Positions 39,898 to 54,973 are shown, counted from the first letter of the stretch. The stretch is DNA of 64,000 nt from Octopus vulgaris (GCA_951406725.2 OX597820.1:97774001-97838000), one strand, 5' to 3'. Program-made: numbers and translations. The notes: a model not told the origin generated them from the letters alone.

Positions 39898-40234
39898 CTC
39901 TCTGTCTGTCTGTCTGTCTGTCTCTGTCTCTCTCTTTCTCTCTCTCTCTCTCACACACACACAGATTCACAAGCGATTAATTGTGTGAAGCGGTAGGCAG
40001 GCAAAGCGGTGTGTATGGGACCGAAAATTTTTGACGATTTCAACAGTATAAATGATAGTAGCTGGGAATTAGTATGCTGTTATATCTACAATTAAAACAC
40101 CCTAGGGATTTAATAAGTAAGCGAGTAGTAAGTTCTGGCGAAGCACATACGGTATTTCAGCTGTTCCGCCTTACAGAAGGGCACCAGATGTCACTGCATC
40201 GACTTTCATAACAACATATACAATATGATCTCTC

Positions 40235-40950
40235 CTTTGCTCTCTCTGTCCCCTTGCTCACTCTCCCTTTCTCTCTCCCCTTTCTCTCTCACCCCTTGTT
40301 CTCTCTTGCCCCTTCTCTCTCCCCTTTTCTCTCCTCTTGCTCTCTCTCTCCTTTTCTCTCCTCTTGCTCTCTCTCCCCTTGTTTTCTCTCCCCTTGCTCC
40401 CTCTCCCCTGCTCTCTCCCCTTCTCTCTCCCCTTCTCTCTCCCCTTGTTCTCTCTCCCCTTGCTCGCTCTCATCTTCTCTCTCCCCTTGCTCTCTCCCCT
40501 TGCTCTCTCCCCTTGCTCACTCCCCTTGCTCTGTCTCCCCTTGCTCTCTCACCCCTTGTTTTCTCTTCCCTTGCTCTCTCTCACCTTCTCTCTCCACTTG
40601 CTCTCTCTCCCTTGTTCTCTCTCTCCTTGCTCTCTCTCCCCTTGCTTACTCTCCCCTTCTCTCTCTCCTTGCTTACTCTCCCCTTCTCTCTCCCCTTGCT
40701 CTCTCACCCATTGTTCTCCCTCCCCTTGCTCTCTCACCCCTTGTTCTCTCTCCCCTTGCTCTCTCTCCCCTTCTCTCTCCCCTTGTTCTCTCTCCCCTTC
40801 TCTCTCTCCCCTTGCTCTCTCTCCCCTTGTTCTCTCTCTCCCTTGCTCTCACTCCCCTTGTTCTCTCTCCCCTTGCTCTCCCCCTTGCTCACTCTCCTTG
40901 CTCTGTCTCCTCTTGCTCTCTCCACTTGCTCACTCTCCCCTTCTCTCTCC
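40235..40950. repeat. Pyrimidine-rich degenerate minisatellite (CTCTCTCCCCTTG-type unit, about 13-17 bp)
   Basis: Dozens of CCCCTTG/CCCCTTCT motifs separated by (CT)n. Confidence 0.9.
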
Positions 40951-42410
40951 TTCATAGACTCAACAATAATCAATCTCGTTGTTTACCACGTCGTGACATG
41001 CTCAAAGACCATCATGTCATATCGTATCATGCCATGCGATAGTATACTGTAGGATGCAAGCCAACGAAGTAGCCACTATGTCAGTCATGAGCAAACTGCG
41101 GCTCGCGTGACTTTCTGAATGTTCCGCCTAACAAACAATTGCCTTGAATTTCTTTATTGGTGCAGCCCGCCTGATCATGAGCTACGTCTCATGCAGCCCG
41201 CTTCTCGACAAAGGATGCTCATACCTGTTCTATGTTATTGCTCCAGTTGCTAGAAATAAAAGCAAAATGCTATCAAGTCACTCAGTACTATATTTAAAAA
41301 AAAACGAACTATTACTAGAGTATAGAATACGTGGCAAGTTGTTCCGCTAGAAATAATAGCCAAATTCCAGCATATCACACACTTCTGTCTTAATCAGGTG
41401 AGTATACAATGTTCATACCATTACCCTGCAATCGGATGAGAGCCGAGAATGAACCTCGGCGTGGTCGTCTTACCTTCTAGAAATAACATAGAGGCGGAGA
41501 GCTGGCAGAAATGTTAGCACGTCAGGCGAAATGCTTAGCGCTTTTTCGTTTGCCGCTACGTTCTGAGTTCAAATTCCGCCGAGGTCGACTTTGCTTTTCA
41601 TCCTTTCGGGATCGATTAAATAAGTACCAGTTACGCACTGGGGTCGATATAATCGACTTAATCCGTTTATCTGTCCTTCTTTGTCCTCTCTGTGTTTAGC
41701 CCCTTGTGGGTTGTAAAGAAATAGGCATTTCGTCTGCCGTTACGTTCTAAGTTCAAATTCCGCCGAGGTAGATTTTGTCTTTCGTCCTTTCAGGGTCGAT
41801 AAATTAAGTACCAGTTACGCATTGGGGGTCGCTGTAACCGACTTAATCGCTTTGTCTGTCCTTGTTTGTCCCCTCTATGCTTAGCCCTTTGTGGGCAATA
41901 AAGAAATATGAAATAGCATAAAATACGGGGGTTCGATGTAATCGACTTCACCCGTAACTCGAAATTGCTGGCCTTGTACTAAATGGCGAAGTCTTACCTT
42001 CTAGAAATAACATAGACGGAAACTGAAATCACGTAAAAAATACATTGGATAATGCAGCATTAAATATAAAACATATGGGATGGTCACTGCCCGAACATTT
42101 TTCAACATAGGTCTGTTCCATTAAGACCCATCTGGGGTTAAAAAGTAGCTACAACAATATTATGGAGTAGGACACCAAATATGTGTGGAATTCGCATCCT
42201 TTATAGCCATTGTGATTGTCATTATCATTGTCATCGTTATGATCTGAGTGTAACCTTGGATACGAGTGTACGTGTGTTCATATGTTTCTTTACGTGTGTG
42301 TGAGTGTGTGTAAGTGTGTGTGCGAGTGTGTGTTTGTTTATGTATTTCCATGGATTAATGAGATTAAGTCGTTAAAAGTATGTTTCAGAAAGAGCGGCTG
42401 CGAATCGAAC

Positions 42411-42492
<82 letters not shown>

Positions 42493-42532
42493 GTCTGTCT
42501 GTCTGTCTTCTGCCTGTCTGTCTATCTATCTG

Positions 42533-42607
<75 letters not shown>

Positions 42608-42655
42608 GTCTGTCTATCTGTCTTCTGCCTGTCTGTCTATCTATCTGTCTATCTG

Positions 42656-42735
<80 letters not shown>

Positions 42736-42971
42736 ACTAACTAACTAACTAAATAGCCAATCGTTAGAGGTAGGTTTTGTCCCGTAAATGCAGGTGCTGT
42801 AAGGTCGAACAGTTAAGAAGTTCGTTTTGTAATCATGAAGTCCGGGTTTCGATTCATCTGTGTGGCATTTTAGCTGAATGTCATTTTCTGTAGTCTAGGG
42901 TTGACTCATAACGTATGAGTGATACTGACAAGTCGTAAACTGTGTAGAAACCTGTCGGCTGGGTATGTATG

Positions 42972-43023
<52 letters not shown>

Positions 43024-44432
43024 CGCAGGCGTAGCTGTGTGGTAAGAAGCTTACTTATTAACCACATGGTTCCCGGTTTAGTCCCACTGCATGACACCTT
43101 GGGCAAGTGTCTTGTACTGTGGCCTCAGGCCGACCAAAGCCGTGTGAGTGGATTTGATAAACGGAAACTACGTGTGTCTGTATTTGGTCCCCATCATCTC
43201 TTGACAACCGATGCTGGTGTGTTTATGAGCCCGTAACTTAGCAGTTCGGCAAAAGAAGCTTACAAAGAATAAGTCCTGGGGGTCGGTTTCTTCGACTAAA
43301 ACTCTTAAGGCCGTTCTCCAGCATGGCCGCAGTCAAATGACTGAAAGAAGTAAAAGAATAAAAGAACACACACACACACACACACATATATATATTTGCA
43401 CATACACACACATACATACACACGAACATTCACGCACACAATTCTTCCTTCTTTTTTCTCCAGGCACTTGGTATCACATGACAAGCATTCTTATCGCAAC
43501 TCCTGTCAGAATTCTTCCGAGGATTGTGTTAAGATTACTTTTCAGGCTTTCAAAATATTTTTTTTGTTTTTCATTTCACCAATACGAATTCCCAGATATG
43601 AGGAAACTTAGCTACAATTTGTCGCACGAGTGATCACGTAAACCTGTGTGCTGATACGGATTGTATCGTTCCCTTTGCTCCATTTTAATGCAGAGGGAAT
43701 CTTGTTGCTATTTTAATACCACGAGTAATGCATGATACATACCTATATGATACGCTACAATATTATAGCCGATCATACAGGCAATTGTTGTTGGGACAAT
43801 GGTTTTCAAATTTTGGTACAAGACCGGTAGTTTCGGGGTGGGGGCAACTTCATTACAATGACCCAGTTTTCAGTTGGTACATATTTTATAGACCCTAAAT
43901 GGATAAGTCGACCCCGGCAGCATTTGGACTCAGAACGTAAAATCGGAAGAAATACTGCTAAGCATTTCCCGCCATGGTGACGATTTTGCCAGCCTCACAG
44001 ATCATAAATATTGGCTTCAAAATTTAGTACAAGGCCAGCAATTTCGAGTTACAGGTGAAGTCGATTACATCGAACCCCCGTACTTTATTGCTAATTTGTT
44101 TTATTGATCCCGGATAGATGAATAACAAAAATGAGCTCGTCGAGATTTAAGCACAAACCTTTAAATGTTATATCATGGTGATTCCGCGCCCAAACAGAGA
44201 ACTGACATTCAACTACATTGAAGTTATTGACAGTGATACATGACATGAAATTTCAGATGTACCAAAGCTGATCAGTAAAAGAATTTTGGAACAGCATTGC
44301 GAAAGGAGATTTTGGTTTTAGTATGACATGTAATAAATTAACACATGAACTTGAACGTGATCGTTTAAATTGCTCGAAATAGCAGCAAAGCTACGTCCAT
44401 TATCTATATTCATTAGAATAGTGGAATGGTGA

Positions 44433-44675
44433 CGTATATTTGCCATTTAAATATGGCTAACCCCTAAGGGTGGATGCTACTGTAGTTTGTAGCCCCAGGA
44501 GGACACCTCTTCCAGCTGGCTATAGACACAGTGTGTCTATAGCCAGCTGGAGGAGGTGTCCTCCTGGGGCTACAAACTACAGTAGCATCCACCCTTAGGG
44601 GTTAGCCATATTTAAATGGCAAATATACGACACGATGTGTTGCAGCTACTGTTTATAACTCGCTCTGAGATTTAT
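44433..44675 (+). mobile_element. Near-perfect 197-bp palindrome plus 46-bp tail, flanked by a 14-bp target-site duplication
   Basis: 98-bp arms 44433-44530 and 44532-44629 with one mismatch; TAGTGGAATGGTGA at 44419-44432 and 44676-44689. Confidence 0.9.
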
Positions 44676-44869
44676 TAGTGGAATGGTGATTATATACCTT
44701 GCGGTATTTGTTCCGATGATTCTTTGTGATTTGCTTCAAATCCTACTGAGATTAACTTTATCTTTCATCGCTCCGGGGTTGATAAAAGAAAGGATTCGAT
44801 ATAATCAAAATAATCCTCCCCACTGAAATTTCGAGAATACTGTCTATACAAGAAACAAATGTTAAGGGT

Positions 44870-45300
44870 CCTGAAAAGTAATGTTGATGAAATGCGCCAT
44901 TTGTTCAAATCAGCTTAAAACTTTTGGTAAATATCACCATTGATAGCATTTTCCGTAGTTTTGATTTCTCGGTTTTTTTTTTTAGAAGGGAAAACTGTGT
45001 GATGTGCCGTTTCGATATCGTCTCTGCTTCTGTATGTCTTTCCACAGGTATTCAAGTATTCAAGTGACCTGAAAAAGGGAAAATCTGATAATACTACGTC
45101 CGGTGATTAGCCAAATAAATATATCGTTTCTTGAGTTATATTCCTTAAATGTGACGCTACATCATCATGTTGCAGGATGATTCCCTTTCTGTTGATGAGA
45201 ACTGGTTGCTTTTTGAGCAAAACTTGAATGACACGTTCAAGTTGTTGACAGTAATGTTCTGCGGTGATCGCTTTTGGTTCTGACAATCGAAAGCGAACAA
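44870..45300 (-). mobile_element. Decayed mariner transposase fragment
   Basis: Minus-strand translation AITAEHYCQQLERV...QPVLINRKGIILQHDDVASH (mariner YCQQL / LLHDNARPH region). Confidence 0.8.
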
Positions 45301-45784
45301 TATCTATTGTATTCTACGCAACAAAACCATCTTTGGAGTAGATCTAGTTTGGGGGGTAGGATTTGGACTTTCAGGTATATACATGCACATACACGCAAGC
45401 ACATACACATTCAATTTGCAGGTAAAAACACATGCAAACAAGCATATATAGGTAAGCACAATAGCGCTTCTACCATATCAACATGCATTAACACATACAC
45501 GCACTCACATATTCGAATATATATATAACAGATGAGAACATGAGATACATCTTTTGTCTACACATCATACACACATGCATAATCACACAAACATACACAT
45601 TCGTGAAACGTGCAAACACTTATACACATGAATCACACATAGAACGCACCAACACAACTAATTTACTCCATAGTATGTATGTATGTATGTATGTATGTAT
45701 GTATGTATGTATGTGAATGTACAACCATAGATATATATACATGCATACATATATACACATATATGTATATCTATATAAATAGAT

Positions 45785-45845
<61 letters not shown>

Positions 45846-45849
<4 letters not shown>

Positions 45850-46733
45850 AAAGTTAAAAACATACACAAACTGGGACAAGAACGTGAAACATTTAGAAGA
45901 CGACAAAAATCACGGACGGGACTTTCGAAGCTCTCAGTCATCAGTCAAGAACCAGATCATCTTCGCAATTTCGGCTGATTAATCTTGAGATTGCTCCGAT
46001 CTGGGCAGCCACCAAGGGGAATCTAAGCCAATCTAAGCATTAGATTCCTTGGAAGAAAGCCTCGAAAGTATACAACACAGTGACGGAAAACGGACGATGT
46101 TACACGAAAAAAATACAAAATTACGTAAAAACAATAAAGATAGCACGAATAAGAATACAAAATACGTAAAAACAGTAATAACAAAACCAGGACGTCAGGA
46201 CAAGCGTCTTTCGACAGGACGAGTTAAGTATAGGGCTGGCTGTGGGAAAAAGTACCTGAAGGCAACGGAGCACAAACAAATACGTGTTGCCACACTGACT
46301 ACTTGATGCGAAAAGGCAGTAGTAGCTGGCTGGTCACGCGAGCACAAAAGAGAGGAGAAAGGGACAGATGAAGAGAGAAAGAAGGGTAACAAGGGAGGAG
46401 AAGCAAGAGAGGGAAAGGGACAAGTCAAGTGGGGTGTAAGGTGTGAGAGGCAGAGAAATGTGGGAGAGGGGGGACGGAGGAAGAGAGAAAGAAAGAAGGG
46501 GAACAAGGGAGGAGAAGAAAGAGAGGGAAAGAGACAGATCAAGGGGAGTGCAAAGGGTGAAGGCAGAGAAATGTAGGAGAGGGGGAAAGAGACAGTGTAG
46601 TAGAGTCGTACCAATGTTAGAGAGTAATATACTTACGTATAGGGTCAAAAGGTGGGTACGTAGCCGCCATGTATATATGTAAAAGTTTAAAAAATACACA
46701 AACTGGGACAAGAACGTGAAACATTTAGAAGAC
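45846..46733 (-). mobile_element. Unclassified (TA)n-inserted repeat with a short terminal direct repeat, PLE-like; second copy at 49380-49720
   Basis: 45846-45902 is repeated at 46679-46733; 45860-46250 is homologous to 49380-49720. Confidence 0.7.
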
Positions 46734-46829
46734 ATATATATATATATATACATACAGACAGACAGACACACACACACACATACACACACATATACACACA
46801 CACACATATATATATATACACACACACCG

Positions 46830-47200
46830 TTTCGAATCACTGATCAGGAGTCACCGTCTTCGATGGGCAGGACATTTAGCAAGAATGGAAGAGTCAAGGT
46901 TCACTCCAGGAAAAAGACTTTGGAATGAAAGATACAAGGACGAACTCAAAGCAACACTTAAAGCCACTGAAGTTGAGGCTAAATCGTTTGTAGCACATGC
47001 ACGAGACCGTACCAAGTGGCGGTGTTTCATCACCATCGGATCTAAAACTTCGAAGATACAAGAAGAGAAAAGTAAGAAATCAAGCGACAAGAGAGAAAGA
47101 CTCAACAAAATAAACCTTATGTCGTCGACTCTTCTATGCAAGAATTAGTCTACAGAGTCATCAACAACATCAGCATAGAGAGAACATTCAGCAGGATCGA
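46830..47200 (+). mobile_element. RTE-clade LINE 3' fragment
   Basis: HRLRWAGHLARMEESR...RYKDELKATLK...ARDRTKWR. Confidence 0.8.
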
Positions 47201-47206
47201 GATAAA

Positions 47207-47357
<151 letters not shown>

Positions 47358-47506
47358 AGAAACGAAAACATAAAAATAAACTAGGAAACGGACTTTTTTT
47401 AACAACGAAAAAACAGAGTACAAGATAAACAATACAAGGGATACTCCCCTTCATCAGCTGCCCCTGTTTCGACTCAATGCGTGTGTATATATATATATAT
47501 AATATC

Positions 47507-47810
47507 GCATGGCTCAGTAGTTAGAGCGTCGGGCTCACACTTATGTTCTGGAGCAAGACACTTTATTCCACGTTGCTCCAGTTCAGTCAGCTGTAGAAAT
47601 GAGTTGTAACGTCACTAGTGCCAAGCTGTATCGGCCCCTTTGCTTTTCCTTTGGATAACATCAGTGGCGTAAAGAGGGAAGTTGATATGCGTGGATGACT
47701 GGTCTCCTATAAACAACCTTGCTGGTCTCCTATAAACACCCTCGCCTGGGAGGGTAATTTTCTAGGTGCAATCCCACGGTCATTCATGGCCGAAGAGTAT
47801 ATTTACCATT
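47507..47810 (+). mobile_element. tRNA-derived SINE, third family, internally deleted
   Basis: GCATGGCTCAGTAGTTAGAGCGTCGGGCTCAC head; GAGCAAGACACTTTA CORE-like motif. Confidence 0.65.
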
Positions 47811-47859
47811 TATATATATAAATATATATATATTGTTTGTTTTGTTTGTTTTGTTTTTC

Positions 47860-48507
<648 letters not shown>

Positions 48508-48849
48508 CAGTCACATTTCCTATTTTAAGCCTTTCTACTGTCTCTTCTGTTAAATCATTATTACTAATAATATTAGCATTAATTTACTATTATTATGCTT
48601 ATTACTATTCTTGTTGCAAATATCTCTGCGCACACATATTTTTACTCACACGCATACTCACACAAATATAGATACTCACATAAATAGATACTCACATAAA
48701 TAGATACACACATGCATATATATATATGTATGTGTATAAACAGATACTCATATATGCATATATATGTATATATGTATGTATGAGTGGCTGTATGTGTGTG
48801 TTTGTGTGTATGTGTGCGCACAAGTACATGCTCCACCCACACATATGGC

Positions 48850-49160
48850 CTTCGTTGAATACCAAGAATTACTTCCGGTTAAAGAAAATAAACAATTTTC
48901 GCTTTGTAGGCAACGTCTTTCTTGCAAGATTATTCTATGGCTTCTCGCAATATAAACTGGGATTACACATATGTAATATACTTTATTAGAGCACTGTACC
49001 TCTAAGCCCATATCCTTGGGGAAAAGTGTGGACGGAAATCGGTCTCGAAGGAGAGAAGACGTAGGTGGAGCGATCACATCAAAGACCGGAAGGAGAGGAG
49101 CCTGCCGGATGGTAGGAGCCTTCAATCGTCATCCATGAGGATGGACATATTCATTGATTA

Positions 49161-49195
<35 letters not shown>
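48850..49195 (+). mobile_element. RTE LINE 3' remnant ending in (ATTG)n
   Basis: RRRRWSDHIKD-like translation near 49050-49090 and a tetranucleotide tail. Confidence 0.55.
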
Positions 49196-49329
49196 CAATA
49201 TACACGTATAAACATATCCTCTCTCTTTCTTTCTCCTTTCTGTTTGTTCTCTGCATGTGTGCGTTTTTATATACATATAAATCATACACGTGTACGTACA
49301 ATATATACAGTATGTACACACACACGCAT

Positions 49330-49382
<53 letters not shown>

Positions 49383-50050
49383 GAAAAATACAAACTGGGA
49401 CAAGAACGTAAAACATTTAGAAGACGATACAAAAAACACGAACGGGACATTCGAAACCTTCAATCTTCAGTCAAGAACCGGATCATCCTCGCAATTTCGG
49501 CTGATTAATCTTGAGATCGCTCCGATCCGGCCAACCCCAACGAAAAACTAAGCTACGAGCATTAGATTTCTTGGAAAAAGGATGGAATGTATACGAAACA
49601 AGGACAGAAAAACGGACGATGCCACACGAATATAAATACAAAAAACAATAATAGTAATAACAGGACAAAAACAGCGGGTGTCTTACGACTATAGACAGTA
49701 CAACTTAGTTTAGCTGGCGTATACGCTCACAAACATGTATGTATGTATTTTTGCGTGTATGTGTATAATGCACTACATAAATACATATCCACATGCGCGC
49801 GTACACACACACACAGACAGACTCGCGCGGGCATGATTGTATGCAATTAAAAGTATGGAAAAAAATAATATACGAACGTTACTTTCTTATAAAACTGAGT
49901 TGGCACGGTGTTAAGAATGATGATGATGATGATGATGACGACGACGATGTTGTTGATGACAACGATGTTGATGATGATCATAAGGACAATGCTGATAGAT
50001 GTGGTGGTTGCGTTGGTGGTGATGACATTTAAAGTTATATGACGATGAGG

Positions 50051-50140
<90 letters not shown>

Positions 50141-50155
50141 CTTCTCCTTCTTCTT

Positions 50156-50186
<31 letters not shown>

Positions 50187-50199
50187 TTATTATTATTAT

Positions 50200-50637
50200 T
50201 GTAGACGTAGCACAGTATACAATATCTTGAGGTTGTTGATTGAAGACATCGTATCTACCGGGGGTTTGTACTGTTTGTCAAGTCACAACGAAGACCTCAG
50301 ACAGACACTACTCTACGCAATACGCGTGCAGTTCCAAGTAATGGCGACTTGTGCAATACACCTAGATTGTAGGACATCTCTAAGGTTTTCAAATGTTTTT
50401 TTTTTTCAGATTGGGTGGTATTGAACCCAATGCTCCGATGTCAATAGGGATAACATCTATGTTCGACTCTCATAGCTGCCACATCTTAGCGTTCTCAATT
50501 CTCAGGTCTCCATATTTATTAACTTTTTCTCTTTCTTTCATGATATGTTGATCTCCTGGTACTGCTACGTCGATCATTAGGCACTCCTGTTTGTTCTTTC
50601 TAAAGGTTACTTTATCCGGCCTTCGGTGCTCTAAACT
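50200..50637 (-). mobile_element. R4/Dong LINE endonuclease remnant
   Basis: Minus: RRPDKV...ECLMIDVAVPGD...KYGDLRIE..KMWQ; ends at (TAA)n. Confidence 0.8.
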
Positions 50638-50799
50638 CTTGTTGTTGTTGTTGTTGTTGTTGTTGTTCTTGTTCTTCTTGTTCTTGTTCTTGTTCTTCTT
50701 GTTCTTGTTCTTCTTCTTCTTCTTCTTCTTCTTCTTCTTCTTCTTCTTCTTCTTCTTCTTCTTCTTCTTCTTCTTCTTCTATTCGGGATTGCTCTTATT

Positions 50800-51700
50800 T
50801 CAAGTAGAATTTATGTGGTTAGCGGGTTTCTACCTGTATCCATACGCTTTCAATAATCTTTCAAGTGTTCAAAACCCTTCAGATAATTTTTCCTTTTCCT
50901 AAGAGACAAAATTTCTGTTGAAGCTCTACAGGACATTCCTTTCCAATCTCCTTCAACCATTTGTCTATATTACTACTCAGTGTCCCTAATGTACCGATTA
51001 TTACAGGCACAAATTTACATATTTCAAATTCGCTCAATTTCGAATTGTAAGGGATTGTATTTTTTCATTTTTCATCATATTTTTTCAGTCATAGGATCAA
51101 ACGGGCATTATGGATCAATTGCTCTTGCAATTGTCATTTCAATATCATTCTTTGAATTCAACCTTAACTGTAATATTTTTCTCACCCACTAAATGTTATT
51201 TGATTCATTTCTCCATGTTTTATTTCTTCTGCTTCCACTATTCCCAAATGCTTATACCACTGTCCATCCTCAACTGCTTTCATTGTTTGCCTTTTTGACA
51301 CTTCAATTCCCTGGATTCTTTCAAATCTTCCTCGTTTCATTATCAATATATCATAATTTTCAATCCAGAATTCCATACCTACATCATTTGAGAAAATGCA
51401 AACAGAATGTACAAGACTTTCCAGCTGCTTTTCAATTACAGCATAAAGCTTTACGTTATCCATAAAAAGAGATGATTAATCTGACCATATTGATTTCCCA
51501 AATCGTAAGCGATTTTGACTTCCTGTAATATCAAACTGAACGATATCATGGTCAATACAAATAACAATGGAGATAAGATATCACCTTGAAAAATACCAGG
51601 TCGGATGTTCACTTTCCTAGGTTTTTGTTTTCCTCTAATCAATTCAGTTTCATAATTTCATTCATCATTAGCTCCATATTTTCTGCCCCTCTAAACATCA
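50800..51700 (-). mobile_element. R4/Dong LINE reverse transcriptase remnant
   Basis: GIFQGDILSPLLFVL, INHLF.MDNVKLYA, DVGMEF, YKHLGI. Confidence 0.85.
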
Positions 51701-53136
51701 TCCTCATCCTCCTCGTCGTCGTCGTAGTCATTGTTGTTAATCATTAGCGCGCCGGGCAAAATGCTTAGCGGTATTTCGTTCGTCCTTACGTTATGAGTTC
51801 AAATTCCGCCGAGGTCGACTTTGCCTTCCATCCCTTCGGCATTGATGAAATTTGTACCAGTTATGCACTGGAGTCGATTTAATTAGAAATAATTATCATT
51901 ATTATTATTCTGTAGTCTTATTTTTAACTCGTGCTTTCACGACAGTACCGAACACGGCTCTGTATGCCTTCGTATGAGCTGTAGTTTCCTGTGGTGCTCT
52001 TATTTTCACTGTATTGAAAGTGCTTTACGTGGGATGTTTGAGGTGCCCAGTAGTGCTATTTTTTGTAGTATTCATTCGCAAGACCTGGTGTCTGAATGAT
52101 TTTTAAGCATAACTAATGCATTTATTATAGAGATTGTTTCTGTTTTTAGGTTCCATATTCGGGTTGAGTCGGCAGACTCGTTAGCACGTCATGCGAAATA
52201 CTTAGCGCTATTTCGTTTGATCCTACGTTCTGAGTTCAAATTCCGCCGAGGTCGACTTTGCCTTTCATCCTTTCGGGGTCGATTAAATAAGTATCAGTTA
52301 CGCACTGGGGTCGATGTAATCGACTTAATTCGTTTGTCTGCCCTTGTTTGTCCCCTCTGTGGGTAGTAAAGAAATAGGTATTTCGTTTGCCCTTACGTTC
52401 TGAGTTCAAATTCCGCCGAGGTCGACTTTGCCTTTCTTCCTTTCGGGGTCGATACATTAAGTACCAGTTGAGTAACTAGGTCAATGTTATCGATTGTCCC
52501 TCGCCTCACAAAGTGTAGGACGAAAGAAAAGGGCGAAGAAACGACACAGAGAAAGAAAATAAGACCGCCAAGATGAATGAAACGAAGAAAAGTAGAAAGG
52601 ATGGATGAGAATGAGGAGAATCCAATAAAAAAAATTCTATCCCAGGTGTTTAATGAAAGTATCCCAGTCTCTTAATCCAGGTGAGTAACAATAATTTCAA
52701 CCTCATCATTTGTCACCTCCGAATTAACTTCCAGTGTTAACATATACTATCAGACTGCTTACCTTTGAGTAGATTATTAATCCGTGCGTCTGTATTGTCA
52801 TCGGTGTGCATGTATGTATGCATGAGTGTATGTATGTATGTATGTATGTATGTATGTATGTATGTATGTATGTATGTATGTATGTATGTATGTATGTATG
52901 TATGTATGCATATCTATCTATCTGTCTGTCTGTCTATCTATCTAATCTCTCTCTCTCTATCTCTACCTATATATATGTTAAAAATACATACAAATACACT
53001 CATGAACACATACCCAGACACACAAACCCACGCATATTGTACGCGCACGGACGCACGCACACACACACGCATACACACACATGTACACTCATATACGAAC
53101 GTTAGTAGCTGACTCTCTATAGCTTCATCTTTCTAT

Positions 53137-53204
<68 letters not shown>

Positions 53205-53293
53205 AGAATTCACCAAAAAACCCCCAAAAGACGAAGACAGGTGGTGTAGACAACAAAGAGATATATTAGTATAACGCTCGGGAAGTGAAAAAG

Positions 53294-53331
53294 TCGTTAA
53301 CGTTTCGAGCCTACGCTCTTCTACAGAAAGA
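53294..53331 (-). ncRNA. Variant hammerhead (A6U), copy 5; element about 53201-53335
   Basis: tcttt-CTGTAGA-a-gagc(gtag)gctc-GAAAC-GTT-aacga. Confidence 0.65.
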
Positions 53332-53361
53332 ATGTAAAGTGACTATCGATCTATCATGGCG

Positions 53362-53431
<70 letters not shown>

Positions 53432-54001
53432 ATACATACACACGCACACACATATATATATATATATATACACACATACATATATATGTATATGTACACA
53501 TACATACACACACACGCGCGCGTGCGAACGCGCATTCTCACACATATATATATTTATACACACATACAGATATATATGTATATATACAAATACATACACA
53601 GACACACACGCGTGCGCGCGAGTGCGCACGCACACATATATTGACACATATATATATATATACACACACACATATATTTACATAACTGCACTCAAAACGT
53701 GTGTGTGTATGTGTGTGTCCTAGGATTGTACCACTGCTTGTACAATTATATACTCATGCTCAAACATACTTTCATGTGTGTGTGTCTTTGTGTCTGCATT
53801 TATTCCCCGACCCACAGCTTGACAACCAGTACTGGTGTGTTTATGTTCCAGTATCTTAGAGCTTCGGCAAAAGAGACCAATAGAATATTTATAAAAATAA
53901 ATATTGGGGGGGGGGGTCGATTCATTCGACTAAAAATTCCCTAACATGGCCGCAGTCTAATGACTGAGACTAGTAATGGATAAAATACACACAGACACAC
54001 A

Positions 54002-54065
<64 letters not shown>

Positions 54066-54468
54066 ATATGTACATAAGCACACACACATATATAAATGTA
54101 TAAACACATACATTTCTTAATATATGTTGCTTGTGTCTATCTGTCTTGTATTTTGTTTATCACTGACATGGCTTTACATAGTGGGAGTAGAGTTCTCATC
54201 TGCCTGAATAATTTGGGTGTTGTCTAAACTCAAGTGTATAGGGAAAGAAATCTTCAAACTCTTTAGGGCCAATTATCTAGTTGAAGTGGGAGTACTTTAC
54301 GTACTCATACTTCCAAGTACATAAACACATATAAAAACAGACGGACGCAGATGTATACACTCGTAAATATGTAAATCGGCTCAGGCGATAACATAAAAAA
54401 AAAACAATAACAAAAAACAGAAACGAATTTTGTTTATCCTCACGCATACATCCGGAAAACAATACACA

Positions 54469-54525
<57 letters not shown>

Positions 54526-54608
54526 TTTTCTTCAAACATTAAATACGTACGTATGTTTGTGTATTCATATACATACATTCATACACACACACATATCTGT
54601 ACACACAT

Positions 54609-54639
<31 letters not shown>

Positions 54640-54744
54640 CATATATTTATATAAGCATACTTTTGTATAGATATAAACAACTTTACATAGACATATAGAC
54701 AGATAGGCATAACCAAAGATACGTACGTACACACATATTCAAAC

Positions 54745-54789
<45 letters not shown>

Positions 54790-54930
54790 TGTATGTACGT
54801 ATGTATGTATGTATATAAACGTATGTGTTTATATGTATATTTATATTACGCTTATATTACACACAAACACACACCGTGTGTAGTGTATGTGCACATATGT
54901 ATGCTTGCATGTGTAGGTCTGTCTGTGTGC

Positions 54931-54973
<43 letters not shown>

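Noticed and set aside
40225-41052. 275-aa Leu/Ser/Pro-rich ORF
   Set aside because: Open only because the CT-rich minisatellite lacks stop codons
44489-44540. HDV-like ribozyme (CCTCCTCCAGCTGG resembles the HDV L3/P3 region)
   Set aside because: P3 and P1.1 cannot be formed; a simple hairpin explains the sequence
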